A stretch of DNA of 60,802 bases, counting the filler. It is 5 parts of 5 records of this genome, joined end to end, with 100 filler letters (N's around TTAATTAATTAA, not from the genome) between each part and the next. Parts side by side here need not be neighbours in the genome. Positions count along the whole stretch, not along the records: positions 46,593 to 52,390 come from SRR20825006_39; positions 52,491 to 60,802 come from SRR20825006_55; 3 more parts are not named here. One strand, given 5' to 3'. The translations under genes were made by a program, and so were the position numbers. Positions within the stretch are counted from its first letter, which is position 1, and every line of letters begins with the position of its first letter. Under the pieces are notes generated by a model. It was not told the DNA's origin and searched no databases. It was given only the letters and a program-made list of their open reading frames with translations. This document shows, piece after piece, positions 48,973 to 58,695 of this stretch.

Positions 48973-50636
48973 GCGGCGTGCCGAAGATCAAGGAAGAGGA
49001 TTTCCTGTTCCTGCCGCTTGGCGGCAGTGACGAAATCGGGATGAACCTCAACCTCTACCATTATGGCGGTAAGTGGCTGATGGTGGATCTCGGGATCTCC
49101 TTCGGTGATGACACGATGCCAGGCATTGATGTTCTGCTGCCGGACCCCGAGTTCATCGAAGAGCGCCGGAAAGACCTGGTCGGGCTGGTTATCACCCATG
49201 GTCATGAAGATCATATCGGGGCCATTCCCCATCTCTGGCCGCGTCTGCGCTGCCCGATCTATGCGACCCCGTTTACGGCAACACTGATCCGCCGGAAACT
49301 TACTGAAGTCGGGATCCTTGAGCAGGTCGAGCTGATCGAGGTGGATATCTCGGCCAACTTTGTTCTTGGCCCGTTCGAACTGCAATTCATCACGCTCACC
49401 CACTCCATTCCGGAGGCCAATGGTTTGGCGATCCGGTGTGGCGGCGGTACCGTGATGCATACGGGCGACTGGAAATTCGATCCGGACCCGGTTGTTGGAC
49501 GAACGAGCGATATCGATGCCCTTCGCGAGCTCGGCGATGAAGGCGTGCTCGCCCTCATTGGTGATTCGACGAATGTTCTGGACCCGGGCCGCTCCGGCTC
49601 AGAGGCCAGCCTGACAGACTCTCTTGCCGAACTCTTCCGGCAGCATGATCAACGCATCGCCATCACCTGTTTTGCGTCGAATGTTGGCCGGCTTGCGAAT
49701 ATTTCGGCTGCCGCTGCTGCCGCTGGGCGTAACGTGGCACTGGTCGGACGCTCTCTCTGGCGGATGTATGAGGCGTCACTGCAGAATGGGTATCTGCGCG
49801 ATATTCCGGAGTTCCTCTCGGAAAAGGACGCGGGCTTCATTCCGCGCGACAAGCTGGTGCTGATCTGCACCGGCTCGCAAGGGGAGTCGCGGGCCGCTCT
49901 CGCTCGTATTGCCGAGAACGCGCATCCGGAAATCACCCTGGAACGCGGTGACGTCGTTGTCTTCTCGTCACGGGAGATACCCGGAAACGAGACCGCGATC
50001 GGCCGCGTGCAGAGCCGGCTCGTGGCGCGCGGCATCGAAGTGGTGACCGAGCGGGATCATCATGTCCACGTCTCTGGCCATCCGGCACGGGAAGAGCTGG
50101 TCGAGATGTATCAGTATATCCGTCCGAAGGTTGCCGTGCCGGTGCATGGCAGTCCGCGTCATCTGGAGGCCCATGCACGGCTTGCCCGGGAATGCCAGGT
50201 GCCGGAATCCATCGTTCCGGGAAATGGCAGCCTGATCCGCCTTGAAGAGGGCAATGTCGAGATTATCGGCTGGGTTCCGACCGGCATGCTGACCGTCGAT
50301 GGCGGGCGGATCATTCCGCTTGAATCGAGCGTGATCGGTGACCGCAAGAAAATGCTGTTCAACGGGGCGGTTTCGGCAACTGTGCTGATGAACGGCAAGG
50401 ACCAGCTACACAGTGATCCCGTTCTGACTTTCAACGGTATCGCCGATGAGGGCGAAATTGACGCATTGAGCGATACGGCAAAAGACCTCATATGGGAGAC
50501 GGTCGGTGCGCTCGGCAAGAAGGCGCGGACCAAGGATGATGAAGTCGGGGAAGCGGTGCGCCGGGCTGTTCGCCGTGTCGTTCGGGCGGAATATGGAAAA
50601 CGCCCTGTGACGACAGTCCATGTGTTGCGTGTCTGA
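48969..50636 (+). CDS. rnj: Ribonuclease J
   Basis: 'PLGG..EIGMN', 'THGHEDHIG', 'HTGDWK', 'TGSQGE', 'HVSGH'. Confidence 0.94.
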   Translation: MSGVPKIKEEDFLFLPLGGSDEIGMNLNLYHYGGKWLMVDLGISFGDDTMPGIDVLLPDPEFIEERRKDLVGLVITHGHEDHIGAIPHLWPRLRCPIYATPFTATLIRRKLTEVGILEQVELIEVDISANFVLGPFELQFITLTHSIPEANGLAIRCGGGTVMHTGDWKFDPDPVVGRTSDIDALRELGDEGVLALIGDSTNVLDPGRSGSEASLTDSLAELFRQHDQRIAITCFASNVGRLANISAAAAAAGRNVALVGRSLWRMYEASLQNGYLRDIPEFLSEKDAGFIPRDKLVLICTGSQGESRAALARIAENAHPEITLERGDVVVFSSREIPGNETAIGRVQSRLVARGIEVVTERDHHVHVSGHPAREELVEMYQYIRPKVAVPVHGSPRHLEAHARLARECQVPESIVPGNGSLIRLEEGNVEIIGWVPTGMLTVDGGRIIPLESSVIGDRKKMLFNGAVSATVLMNGKDQLHSDPVLTFNGIADEGEIDALSDTAKDLIWETVGALGKKARTKDDEVGEAVRRAVRRVVRAEYGKRPVTTVHVLRV

Positions 50637-50657
50637 CAAGGAATAAGGGGAGAACTC

Positions 50658-51062
50658 ATGATTGGCCGCTTGAACCATGTTGCCATTGCCGTGCCGGATC
50701 TGGATGCGGCATGTGCGACATATCGCGGTGCGCTTGGCGCCAACGTGAGTGCCCCCGAAGATCTGCCCGAGCATGGTGTGACAGTCGTCTTTGTCGAGCT
50801 TCCCAACACCAAGATAGAGCTGTTGTATCCACTTGGTGAGGCTTCGCCGATTGCGGCCTTCCTTGAAAAGAACCCGTCCGGCGGGATGCATCACGTCTGT
50901 TACGAAGTGGATGATATCCTCACCGCACGAGACCGGCTGAAGGCCGAGGGCGCGCGGGTTCTTGGAGACGGTGAGCCGAAGAACGGCGCGCATGGCAAGC
51001 CTGTTCTGTTTCTTCATCCGAAGGACTTTGCCGGCACGCTGGTCGAGCTCGAACAGGCCTAG
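50658..51062 (+). CDS. mce: Methylmalonyl-CoA epimerase
   Basis: 'RLNHVAIAVPDL', 'GGMHHVCYEVDDI', 'GAHGKPVLFLHPKD...LVELEQ'. Confidence 0.93.
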   Translation: MIGRLNHVAIAVPDLDAACATYRGALGANVSAPEDLPEHGVTVVFVELPNTKIELLYPLGEASPIAAFLEKNPSGGMHHVCYEVDDILTARDRLKAEGARVLGDGEPKNGAHGKPVLFLHPKDFAGTLVELEQA

Positions 51063-51077
51063 ACGGGACGTCGGATC

Positions 51078-51329
51078 ATGAAGGACTGGGTCTCCATAAT
51101 TGTCGTCTTCCTGCTGCTCTGGTGGTGGTTCTTCCTGATGGCGTTGCCCATCGGTGTGCGGGTCTCCGAGGAGGCCGAGGAAGGACATGCATCCAGCGCG
51201 CCGAAGCGGCCGCATCTTTGGAAGAAAGCGCTTGGAGCCACGATCGCGGCAATACTTGGAACGGTTTTGATCAACTACATTATTGCAGCCAATCTGTTCT
51301 CGTTCCGGGATGCGATCCAGAATTGGTAG
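51078..51329 (+). CDS. DUF1467 family small membrane protein
   Basis: 'WWWFFLMALPIGVR...GHASSAP..P.LWKK'; typical position after mce. Confidence 0.82.
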   Translation: MKDWVSIIVVFLLLWWWFFLMALPIGVRVSEEAEEGHASSAPKRPHLWKKALGATIAAILGTVLINYIIAANLFSFRDAIQNW

Positions 51330-51545
51330 TCTGTGATTCCGTGAGGATCTGAAGCGGTACAGGCTTTCAGGTTCGGATAAGGTCTGCACCAAGAAAAACG
51401 GCAAGATCCTGAAGATCTTGCCGGGCGAATTTTTTTTATGATTCGACCACGGCGCTTTAACGCTGTGGTTCGCTTCCTCCCTAAACTCGGGCCAAATTCG
51501 CGGCTCGGACTTGTTCTTTTTTTTCTTGGATGGTGACCATATGAC

Positions 51546-52094
51546 ATGTTGTTGAAGGCGTCACCAATTTTTTTGCACCATGGTCAAATGATATCGATTC
51601 TCACCAGTTTTTTGTTATCAAACATCGTCTTGGGAGCGGATAGGGACATGATTATGTGCTTTTGGAAAAAGTTGAAGTTGTCAGCCCCGTTTCTGATCTT
51701 CGGAACGCTGATCTTTACGGGAGCTGGGTCCGTCATTGCCTCGGCTGACGAGCCGCAAGGTATAGAGGTGTCGAAAAAGGATTGCGCACGTATCGTAGCG
51801 CACGAGCCGGCGGCGGATGTCGAGTACAAGCCAGGCGTTGACGCTGCAGGGAACCCGGTTGCTCCCGCGGATTTACCGGGGTCGGCCATCATCGAGGCGC
51901 CGAAAAAAATCGTCATTCCGCTCACGCTTGATGTCGCCGAGCTTTTCTCATTGCCGGCAGGCGTGGCCGGGGAAACCGACATCGGCAAGATCGAGTATGA
52001 CATCATGGCGGGACGGCTTGAATATAATGGCCTGCCGCTCAACGATCCGCAAATGGCGGCTATTGTTGCCGCTTGCGGGACTGTGAAGAAATAA
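51546..52094 (+). CDS. Hypothetical exported protein (start probably near 51648-51654)
   Basis: Signal-like helix then 'DC..IVAHEPAADVEYKPGVDAAGNPVAPADL'. Confidence 0.65.
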   Translation: MLLKASPIFLHHGQMISILTSFLLSNIVLGADRDMIMCFWKKLKLSAPFLIFGTLIFTGAGSVIASADEPQGIEVSKKDCARIVAHEPAADVEYKPGVDAAGNPVAPADLPGSAIIEAPKKIVIPLTLDVAELFSLPAGVAGETDIGKIEYDIMAGRLEYNGLPLNDPQMAAIVAACGTVKK

Positions 52095-52106
52095 AGCAAT
52101 AAAGAA

Positions 52107-52136
52107 AAACGGCGGCGCCCGAGGACACCGCCGTTT
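52107..52136. terminator. Intrinsic terminator between convergent genes
   Basis: AAACGGCGG...CCGCCGTTT stem. Confidence 0.6.
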
Positions 52137-52162
52137 CTATGGACCGACAGGGCCTGAGTGGG

Positions 52163-52390
52163 TCAGGCGCCGGTGAAGGCTTGCAATCCGGTCTGCGCAC
52201 GGCCCAGGATCAGGGCGTGCACGTCGTGCGTGCCTTCGTAGGTGTTCACGGCTTCCAGGTTCACCACGTGACGGATCACGTGATACTCGTCCGAAACGCC
52301 GTTGCCGCCATGCATGTCGCGGGCAACGCGGGCGATGTCGAGAGACTTGCCGCAATTGTTCCGCTTCATCAGGGAAATGGCTTCCGGTGC
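52163..52390 (-). CDS. gcdH: Glutaryl-CoA dehydrogenase C-terminus (5' truncated)
   Basis: '[22 protein letters not shown]...[25 protein letters not shown]'. Confidence 0.88.
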   Translation of the reverse strand, partial: APEAISLMKRNNCGKSLDIARVARDMHGGNGVSDEYHVIRHVVNLEAVNTYEGTHDVHALILGRAQTGLQAFTGA

Positions 52391-52490
52391 NNNNNNNNNN
52401 NNNNNNNNNNNNNNNNNNNNNNNNNNNNNNNNNNTTAATTAATTAANNNNNNNNNNNNNNNNNNNNNNNNNNNNNNNNNNNNNNNNNNNN
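52391..52490. other. Artificial contig spacer
   Basis: N-run, TTAATTAATTAA, N-run. Confidence 0.98.
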
Positions 52491-52491
52491 C

Positions 52492-52923
52492 AACAACGCC
52501 AACCAGGCGCTGGACCGGATCATTCACTTCTTCCCGGCAGACCGACACGGCCAGCTGTGGATGGACCTGTCCCTGAACCTGAAAGGCATCGTCGCCCAAC
52601 AGTTAATTCCCACCCCGGACGGCAAAGGCCGCCGTGCGGCCATCGAAGTGCTGCTGGGCACGCCACTGGTGCAGGACCATATCCGCAAGGGCGAAGTACA
52701 CCAGCTCAAAGAGCTGATGAGCAAATCCCGCGAGCAGGGCATGCAGACCTTCGACCAGGCCCTCTACGACCTGTACTCCGCCGGAGAAATCACCTACGAA
52801 GACGCCATGCTCCACGCCGATTCCCCCAACGACCTGCGGCTGATGATCAAGCTGGGCAACGAGACTGACGCCTCCAGCCTGGACGTGGCCACGCGGGGAC
52901 TGAGCATCGAGGATACTGAGTAG
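52492..52923 (+). CDS. pilU: Type IV pilus retraction ATPase PilU (5' truncated)
   Basis: 'NNANQALDRIIHFFP', 'MDLSLNLKGIVAQQL', 'GMQTFDQAL', 'ADSPNDLRLMIKL'. Confidence 0.92.
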   Translation, partial: NNANQALDRIIHFFPADRHGQLWMDLSLNLKGIVAQQLIPTPDGKGRRAAIEVLLGTPLVQDHIRKGEVHQLKELMSKSREQGMQTFDQALYDLYSAGEITYEDAMLHADSPNDLRLMIKLGNETDASSLDVATRGLSIEDTE

Positions 52924-53119
52924 GAGACGCAGCAGGCGGCACGCTTCACGCAACAACGCGAATCAAGTGCCCTGTGCTCTCCAGACAAAGAGGCCGCGCC
53001 CAGCCACCGGGCGCGGCTTACTCATTTCAAAGAAACGCTCGCGTTGCCGCTTTGCGCTTACTACTGAATCTCAGTGATAACAAGGACGCTTTTTACTTTA
53101 CCAACGGAGGGGGAAACCC

Positions 53120-53545
53120 ATGCAACAAGAAAAGGAAACACACCTGACACCTATCGGCTACCTGCTATGGTTTTTTGGCGGCCTGTTTGGCTATCACCGG
53201 TTTTACTATGGTCGTCAGCTCACCGGCTTGCTGTGGATGTTTACCCTCGGCGTCTTTTTCATCGGCTGGGTCGTGGACGCATTCTTGATTCCTCGCATGA
53301 ATCAGGATGCCAATAATCAGTTCAAAAGCGGCGACACCGACTACAGCGTGGCCTGGGTACTGATGCTATTTCTGGGCGTATTTGGCGCACACCGTTTCTA
53401 CATGGGCAAGATGGGCACGGGCATTCTTTACCTGCTGACCTTCGGCCTACTGGGTTTCGGCGTGCTTTACGACCTGTTCACGCTCAATGGCCAAGTTTCC
53501 GAGCGCAATGGCGAGGCTGCCCGGAGCGAGCCCGTTCCTGCCTGA
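53120..53545 (+). CDS. TM2/NINE domain membrane protein
   Basis: Two 'G.HRFY.G' TM2 motifs. Confidence 0.85.
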   Translation: MQQEKETHLTPIGYLLWFFGGLFGYHRFYYGRQLTGLLWMFTLGVFFIGWVVDAFLIPRMNQDANNQFKSGDTDYSVAWVLMLFLGVFGAHRFYMGKMGTGILYLLTFGLLGFGVLYDLFTLNGQVSERNGEAARSEPVPA

Positions 53546-53674
53546 AGAAAAGCAAGCCACAAGCGGCAGCGCGAACTGGCTCCTTGTTGTAATAAAACAG
53601 GCCGCACCCATCTTTTGGGCGCGGCCTGTTTCATTTGCGTGTAGCGCCGTGCGTGGGGCGGGCAGCTTGCTGCC

Positions 53675-53881
53675 TCAATAATGCGGCGGCGGTGCATCTT
53701 CGACCTGAGTGGCCTCGAACGCCTCTGACAAATCCATCAGCCTATCCGCCATCTTGCGACAGGTTTTTTCCAGCGCATCAATCTGGCGTTGCTGGTCGCT
53801 GACCACCTTGTTCAAGGATTCCACCAGGTCCTCCTGGTAGGCCAGCTTGGTTTCAATCTCAATCAGTCTGTCTTCGCTCAT
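53675..53881 (-). CDS. slyX: SlyX family protein
   Basis: 'LIEIETKLAYQEDLVESLN...PPPHY'; ATG at 53881. Confidence 0.9.
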   Translation of the reverse strand: MSEDRLIEIETKLAYQEDLVESLNKVVSDQQRQIDALEKTCRKMADRLMDLSEAFEATQVEDAPPPHY

Positions 53882-53984
53882 ACTTAACTCTCTTATTACA
53901 GCTGGGCCACAGCCATTCCCGTCTGCATTACCGATGACCTCCATTGTACTGGCCCTTTACCCATAATTCCGCTATGGTTTTGCC

Positions 53985-54127
53985 GTCTTGGGGGAGTAGT
54001 CGCTCGATCGCTTTCACGTAAAGCCCCTTGGCGGTCATCAACATAGTTGCGCCTCATGCGCATGGTGGCTGCGTCCGTATCCGGGGAGCCTCTGTATCGC
54101 TCCCCCAGGATTGACGAGACCTGAGAC
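53985..54127 (+). ncRNA. yybP-ykoY manganese riboswitch
   Basis: GGGGAGTAG ... TCAACATA ... GACGAGACC consensus segments, upstream of a TMEM165/GDT1 gene. Confidence 0.82.
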
Positions 54128-54203
54128 ATCGCAGGCATTCCGCAGGGGCGGGATTGGCCGGTGATGTCTCTTGTCGCTCAATCCCGCCCCGCTGGAACCG
54201 TTC

Positions 54204-54755
54204 ATGGAAGCCCTGCTCAGCTCTTTTCTGCTCGTTGCCCTTGGTGAAATTGGCGACAAGACCCAGCTGTTATCTCTGGCCCTGATTCTCAAATTCCGCA
54301 AACCCTGGCCCATCCTCGCCGGCGTGGTCATCGCCACCCTGCTCAACCACGGCGCCTCCGTCTGGTTTGGCGACTGGCTTGCCGATGCCATCCCGATGGA
54401 GTGGCTGCGCTGGATTCTGGGCATCAGCTTTATTGGCCTGGGCCTGTGGATGCTGATTCCAGACGGCGATGAAGCCGTGAATGACAACCCGCGCTTCGGC
54501 CCCTTCCTCACCGCACTGGTGCTGTTCTTTATTGCCGAAATCGGCGACAAGACCCAGCTGGCCACCATTGCCCTGGCCGTACAGTTCAAGGACCAATTCT
54601 GGCCTGTGCTGAGTGGCTCCACCCTGGGTATGGTTGCCGCCAACCTGCCAGTGATCTGGCTGGCCCACCAGTTCGGCAGTAAGCGCTTTGAAACCTGGGC
54701 CCATCGCATCAGTGCGGTGTTGTTTATCGGTTTCGGGGTATGCGCGCTGGTTTAA
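54204..54755 (+). CDS. TMEM165/GDT1 (UPF0016) Mn2+/Ca2+ transporter
   Basis: Two 'EIGDKTQL' motifs; ATG at 54204. Confidence 0.92.
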   Translation: MEALLSSFLLVALGEIGDKTQLLSLALILKFRKPWPILAGVVIATLLNHGASVWFGDWLADAIPMEWLRWILGISFIGLGLWMLIPDGDEAVNDNPRFGPFLTALVLFFIAEIGDKTQLATIALAVQFKDQFWPVLSGSTLGMVAANLPVIWLAHQFGSKRFETWAHRISAVLFIGFGVCALV

Positions 54756-54851
54756 GCCTGAGGTAGCAGGTGGCATGCATAAACCCTGATACAATCAGCC
54801 CACTTTTGCGTGCATGCCTGTTGCGTGCCGCCTGTTTGCGAGTCCTGTGCC

Positions 54852-55391
54852 ATGGCCCTCACCGCCACCATCTACAAAGCTGAACTGACCGTCTCCGATA
54901 TGGACCGGGATTACTACGCCACCCATAACCTGACGGTGGCGTTGCACCCTTCGGAAACCGAATCGCGAATGATGTTGCGGCTGCTGGCCTTTGCACTGAA
55001 TGCCCATGAAGATCTGGCGTTCTCACGGGGCCTGTCCAACCCGGAAGAGCCGGACCTGTGGCAGCGCCATCCCAACGACACCCTGGCACACTGGATCGAG
55101 CTGGGCATGCCCGACGAGAAGCGCCTGCGCAAGGCCTGCGGCCTGGCCGAGCAGGTCACTATCTATTGCTACGGCCCGCGTGCCCCCCAGGTGTGGTGGG
55201 ACAGCATGAAGAACAAGGTACGTCGTTTCGACAATCTGACCATTGTCCATGTGGATGCGGACAGTGAAGCCGCGCTGGCCACCTGTGCCCAGCGGGCCAT
55301 GCAGTTGCAGGCCATGATCCAGGACGGCCAGGTCTGGTTCGGCACCACCGAACAGAGCGAGGAAATAACGCTTTCACAGTGGTACCCCTGA
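54852..55391 (+). CDS. yaeQ: YaeQ family protein
   Basis: 'MALTATIYKA', 'HPSETESRMMLRLLAF', 'EPDLW', 'WIELG.PDEKR'. Confidence 0.92.
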   Translation: MALTATIYKAELTVSDMDRDYYATHNLTVALHPSETESRMMLRLLAFALNAHEDLAFSRGLSNPEEPDLWQRHPNDTLAHWIELGMPDEKRLRKACGLAEQVTIYCYGPRAPQVWWDSMKNKVRRFDNLTIVHVDADSEAALATCAQRAMQLQAMIQDGQVWFGTTEQSEEITLSQWYP

Positions 55392-55602
55392 CGTACAACC
55401 TTGCCACTGCTGGTGTTATCGCCGCCTACCGCGGCGGCGCCAACGCAGCACCCAGCTAAATCCCAACGTCTCGCCGCCGTCCGTGTTACTCTGTTTGCCG
55501 TTTAACCCCACCGCTTAGTGGGGACGTCTCGCTGCTCACCGGTGCCTCAAACCGGCCCATCGCCATTGCCCCTCTAAGCTTCGTGCCCCCAGAGGAGCCA
55601 CC

Positions 55603-56826
55603 ATGAGTACCGTTTCCCCGATTTCGTTACGCCCCCGTCCCTATTCAGCCCAGGCGCCGCCCGCTAGCACCCAGCCTTCGCCCGCTAACACCCTCCCCCC
55701 CCTGCATAACGCCCACACCCTGCCCCAACCTGCTATCAGCCGCACCGCCACCGCGATCATCTATTGCGAAGGCCAATTCGGCGACATCGACGGTAAAACC
55801 GCCAACGGCCTGATTCGTCACTCGGAAAAATATACCGTGCTGTCAGTGATCGACAGCACCCAGGCCGGGCTTGATAGCGGCATGATTCTTGACGGCACCG
55901 CCAACGGCATCCCGGTATGCCGGGATATGGACGACGCCCTGAGCCAGACGACCACCCTGCCGGACTTTCTGATTTTCGGCATGGCACCGGCCAGCGGTCT
56001 GCTCTCCGAGGTCCAACGCGATGTGGTGCTGGCCGCCATGAGCAGGGGCATGAGCATCGTTAACGGTCTGCATGAATTCCTTAACGACGACCCGGAGTTT
56101 GCCGCCGCCCGCATTGCCCACAAAGTGGATATCATCGATGTGCGCCGGCCCCGGCCGAAGAAATTTCTGCGCATGTTCAGCGGCAGCATCCATCAGGTCA
56201 CCTGTCCTCGCATCGCCGTGCTGGGCACCGACTGCGCCATCGGCAAACGCACCACCGCCACCGTGCTCACCGCCGCTCTCAATGCCATCGGTCTCAAGGC
56301 AGTGCTGGTGGGTACCGGCCAGACCGGACTGATCCAGGGCGCCCGCTACGGCGTGGCACTGGATTCAGTGCCCTCGCAGTTTTGCGCCGGGGAACTGGAA
56401 GCCACCATCGTCGAGGCGTTCGACAATGAACAGCCGGACGTGATCATCATCGAAGGCCAGGGCGCCCTAAGCCATCCAGCGTTCTCCACCACCTCCTTTA
56501 TTCTGCGCGGCGCCTGCCCGCAAGCGGTGGTGCTGCAGCATGCGCCAGGGCGAGCTTTCCGCTGCGACTTCGACACCATGGCCATGCCAAACCCGGCGGA
56601 CGAAGTCACCCTGATCGAAACCTTTGCCGACACCCGCGTGATCGGCCTGACCCTGAACCATGAACACATGGATGACGACCAGGTCAGCCAGGCCATGGCC
56701 CGCTTCAGCCATGAACTGGGCATCCCGGTCACCGACGCCCTGAACCGGCCGGTGCGGCATCTGCTGGAGATGGTGTTCGCCGCCTTCCCCGCCCTGCACC
56801 ACGAACTGACAGGCGCACCGCAATGA
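55603..56826 (+). CDS. DUF1611 / DgcN-like protein (P-loop)
   Basis: 'GKTANGLIR', 'NGLHEFL', 'GTDCAIGKRTT', 'TGQTG', 'IEGQGALSHPAF'. Confidence 0.85.
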   Translation: MSTVSPISLRPRPYSAQAPPASTQPSPANTLPPLHNAHTLPQPAISRTATAIIYCEGQFGDIDGKTANGLIRHSEKYTVLSVIDSTQAGLDSGMILDGTANGIPVCRDMDDALSQTTTLPDFLIFGMAPASGLLSEVQRDVVLAAMSRGMSIVNGLHEFLNDDPEFAAARIAHKVDIIDVRRPRPKKFLRMFSGSIHQVTCPRIAVLGTDCAIGKRTTATVLTAALNAIGLKAVLVGTGQTGLIQGARYGVALDSVPSQFCAGELEATIVEAFDNEQPDVIIIEGQGALSHPAFSTTSFILRGACPQAVVLQHAPGRAFRCDFDTMAMPNPADEVTLIETFADTRVIGLTLNHEHMDDDQVSQAMARFSHELGIPVTDALNRPVRHLLEMVFAAFPALHHELTGAPQ

Positions 56827-57911
56827 GCGCGCCGCGCCTGGACATCAATCTGGACAAGATCAGCCACAACGCCCGTATGCTGGTGGAGGACCTGGGCGAC
56901 CGGGGCATCGCCGTCACCGGCGTCACCAAGGCAGCCCTGGGCTCACTGGATATTGCCAAGGCCATGTTGCGGGCCGGCATGAGCGGGTTGGGGGATTCGC
57001 GCATAGAGAACATCGAAGCCATGCGCCAGCAGCGCATTTCTGCCCCCATCATGCTTATCCGCTCGCCCATGCTCAGCCAGGTGGAAAGGGTAGTGCGAAA
57101 CGCGGACATCAGTTTCAACACCGAACTGTCGGTGGTGCGCCGGCTCTCCGCCGCCGCCGAGGAAGCCGAACGCAGTCACGGTATCGTGCTGATGGTGGAA
57201 CTGGGAGATCTACGCGAAGGCATTTTGCCCGAAGATCTGGTCAGTGCGGCCCGCGAAGTTATACGGCTGCCCAACCTGGAACTCACCGGCATCGGCACTA
57301 ACCTGGCCTGCCACAGCGGCACGGCACCGGATGCGGACAACATGGGCGTGCTGTCCGCCCTGGCCGACCGCGTGGAAGCGGAACTGGATATAAAATTGAC
57401 CCTGATCTCCGGCGGCAATTCTGCCAATCTGGATTGGGCACTGAGCAACAGCGCCACCGGCCGCATCAACCATCTGCGCCTCGGTGAAGCCATTTTTCTC
57501 GGCTGCGAACCCCTGCACCGCGAGCCCGTTGACGGCCTGCACACCGACGCCATCACGCTGGTGGCGGAAGTAATCGAGTCGAAAACCAAACCGTCCCTGC
57601 CCTGGGGCACACTGGCGGAAACCGCCTTCGGCGGTGACGTCATCTCCACCGATAGTGGCGCCATGGCACGGGCGATTCTGGCGGTGGGCGAACAGGACCT
57701 GGACCCGGACGGCCTGCTGCCTCCCGACGGCCTGACCATTCTTGGCGCCAGCGGCGACCACCTACTGCTGGACTGCGACAAACAGCACCTGCAAGTAGGG
57801 GACGAAGTGCGTTTCGGGGTGAATTACAGCGCCCTGGTCCGCGCCATGACCTCACCGTTCGTGGAAAAGAAAATGATTCGGGCCATCAAACATACGCGCA
57901 GTGCCGGCTAG
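56823..57911 (+). CDS. Alanine/ornithine racemase-family PLP enzyme
   Basis: 'GVTK', 'DSRIEN', 'MVELGDLREG', 'GTNLAC', 'SGGNS', 'LRLGEA', 'GASGDH'; ATGA overlap with the DUF1611 gene. Confidence 0.88.
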   Translation: MSAPRLDINLDKISHNARMLVEDLGDRGIAVTGVTKAALGSLDIAKAMLRAGMSGLGDSRIENIEAMRQQRISAPIMLIRSPMLSQVERVVRNADISFNTELSVVRRLSAAAEEAERSHGIVLMVELGDLREGILPEDLVSAAREVIRLPNLELTGIGTNLACHSGTAPDADNMGVLSALADRVEAELDIKLTLISGGNSANLDWALSNSATGRINHLRLGEAIFLGCEPLHREPVDGLHTDAITLVAEVIESKTKPSLPWGTLAETAFGGDVISTDSGAMARAILAVGEQDLDPDGLLPPDGLTILGASGDHLLLDCDKQHLQVGDEVRFGVNYSALVRAMTSPFVEKKMIRAIKHTRSAG

Positions 57912-58079
57912 CCGAATTCACACAACACAGACCATAACGATACCCGCGCCGGCTCTGCAGCCGGCGCCTTCATAACAACGATTCAGTCACCCTGTTCCGA
58001 CCGGATACCCGTTATTTAAAACCAGGCTGTGCTACATTCACACCGTACTTTTCCTCGCATCGCCGACAAGGAGTTCGCC

Positions 58080-58643
58080 ATGCCCGCCACACCACCGCCT
58101 CTGCTTGAACACCTTTCCCAACACTGGAAAGGCCTGTTGATTACCGGGATTGTGTTTATTGTACTCGGCACCCTGGGCCTGGGCGCCACAGGCCTGTTCA
58201 CGCTGATCAGCGTGTTCTGGGCAGGCGGGCTTCTGCTGCTGGCCGGGCTGATTCAAATCCTTCAGGCATTCCGCACACCCACTCTGTCGCGCAGCCTGCC
58301 GTTTCTGGTAATGGGCTTGCTGTATGCCTTGCTGGGCGGCTACATGATGGCCCACCCCGCCATCGCCGCCGACGGCCTGACCCTGATTATCGGTGCCGCC
58401 ATCGCCGTTGTTTCCGCCCTGCGATTGATGATCGCCTGGCACGTTCGCGGCGGCGCCAATGTCTTTCTACTGGTGCTCAGCGCACTCATTGGCCTGGCTC
58501 TGGCGTGGATGATCTTTGCCCAGTGGCCGCAATCCGGACAATGGGTGATCGGCCTGTTGCTGGCCATTGAATTGATCATGAACGGCTGGATGCTGGTGAT
58601 AGTGGCGCTGGGTGCCCGTCAATATCAACGCAATGATCCGTAA
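58080..58643 (+). CDS. HdeD/DUF308 family membrane protein
   Basis: About six TM helices, 'QWPQSGQWVIGLLLAIELIMNG'. Confidence 0.82.
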   Translation: MPATPPPLLEHLSQHWKGLLITGIVFIVLGTLGLGATGLFTLISVFWAGGLLLLAGLIQILQAFRTPTLSRSLPFLVMGLLYALLGGYMMAHPAIAADGLTLIIGAAIAVVSALRLMIAWHVRGGANVFLLVLSALIGLALAWMIFAQWPQSGQWVIGLLLAIELIMNGWMLVIVALGARQYQRNDP

Positions 58644-58695
58644 CGCGGGCAAAGCCCGCACCATCACAACCCACGACACGTAAAGAATCGAGATA

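Noticed and set aside
30957-52490. Four recurring TTAATTAATTAA motifs within N-runs, and ORFs running into them (31001..31189, the 38890 end, the 46548 end)
   Set aside because: Artificial concatenation spacers, not biological repeats. Gene adjacency across them is meaningless.
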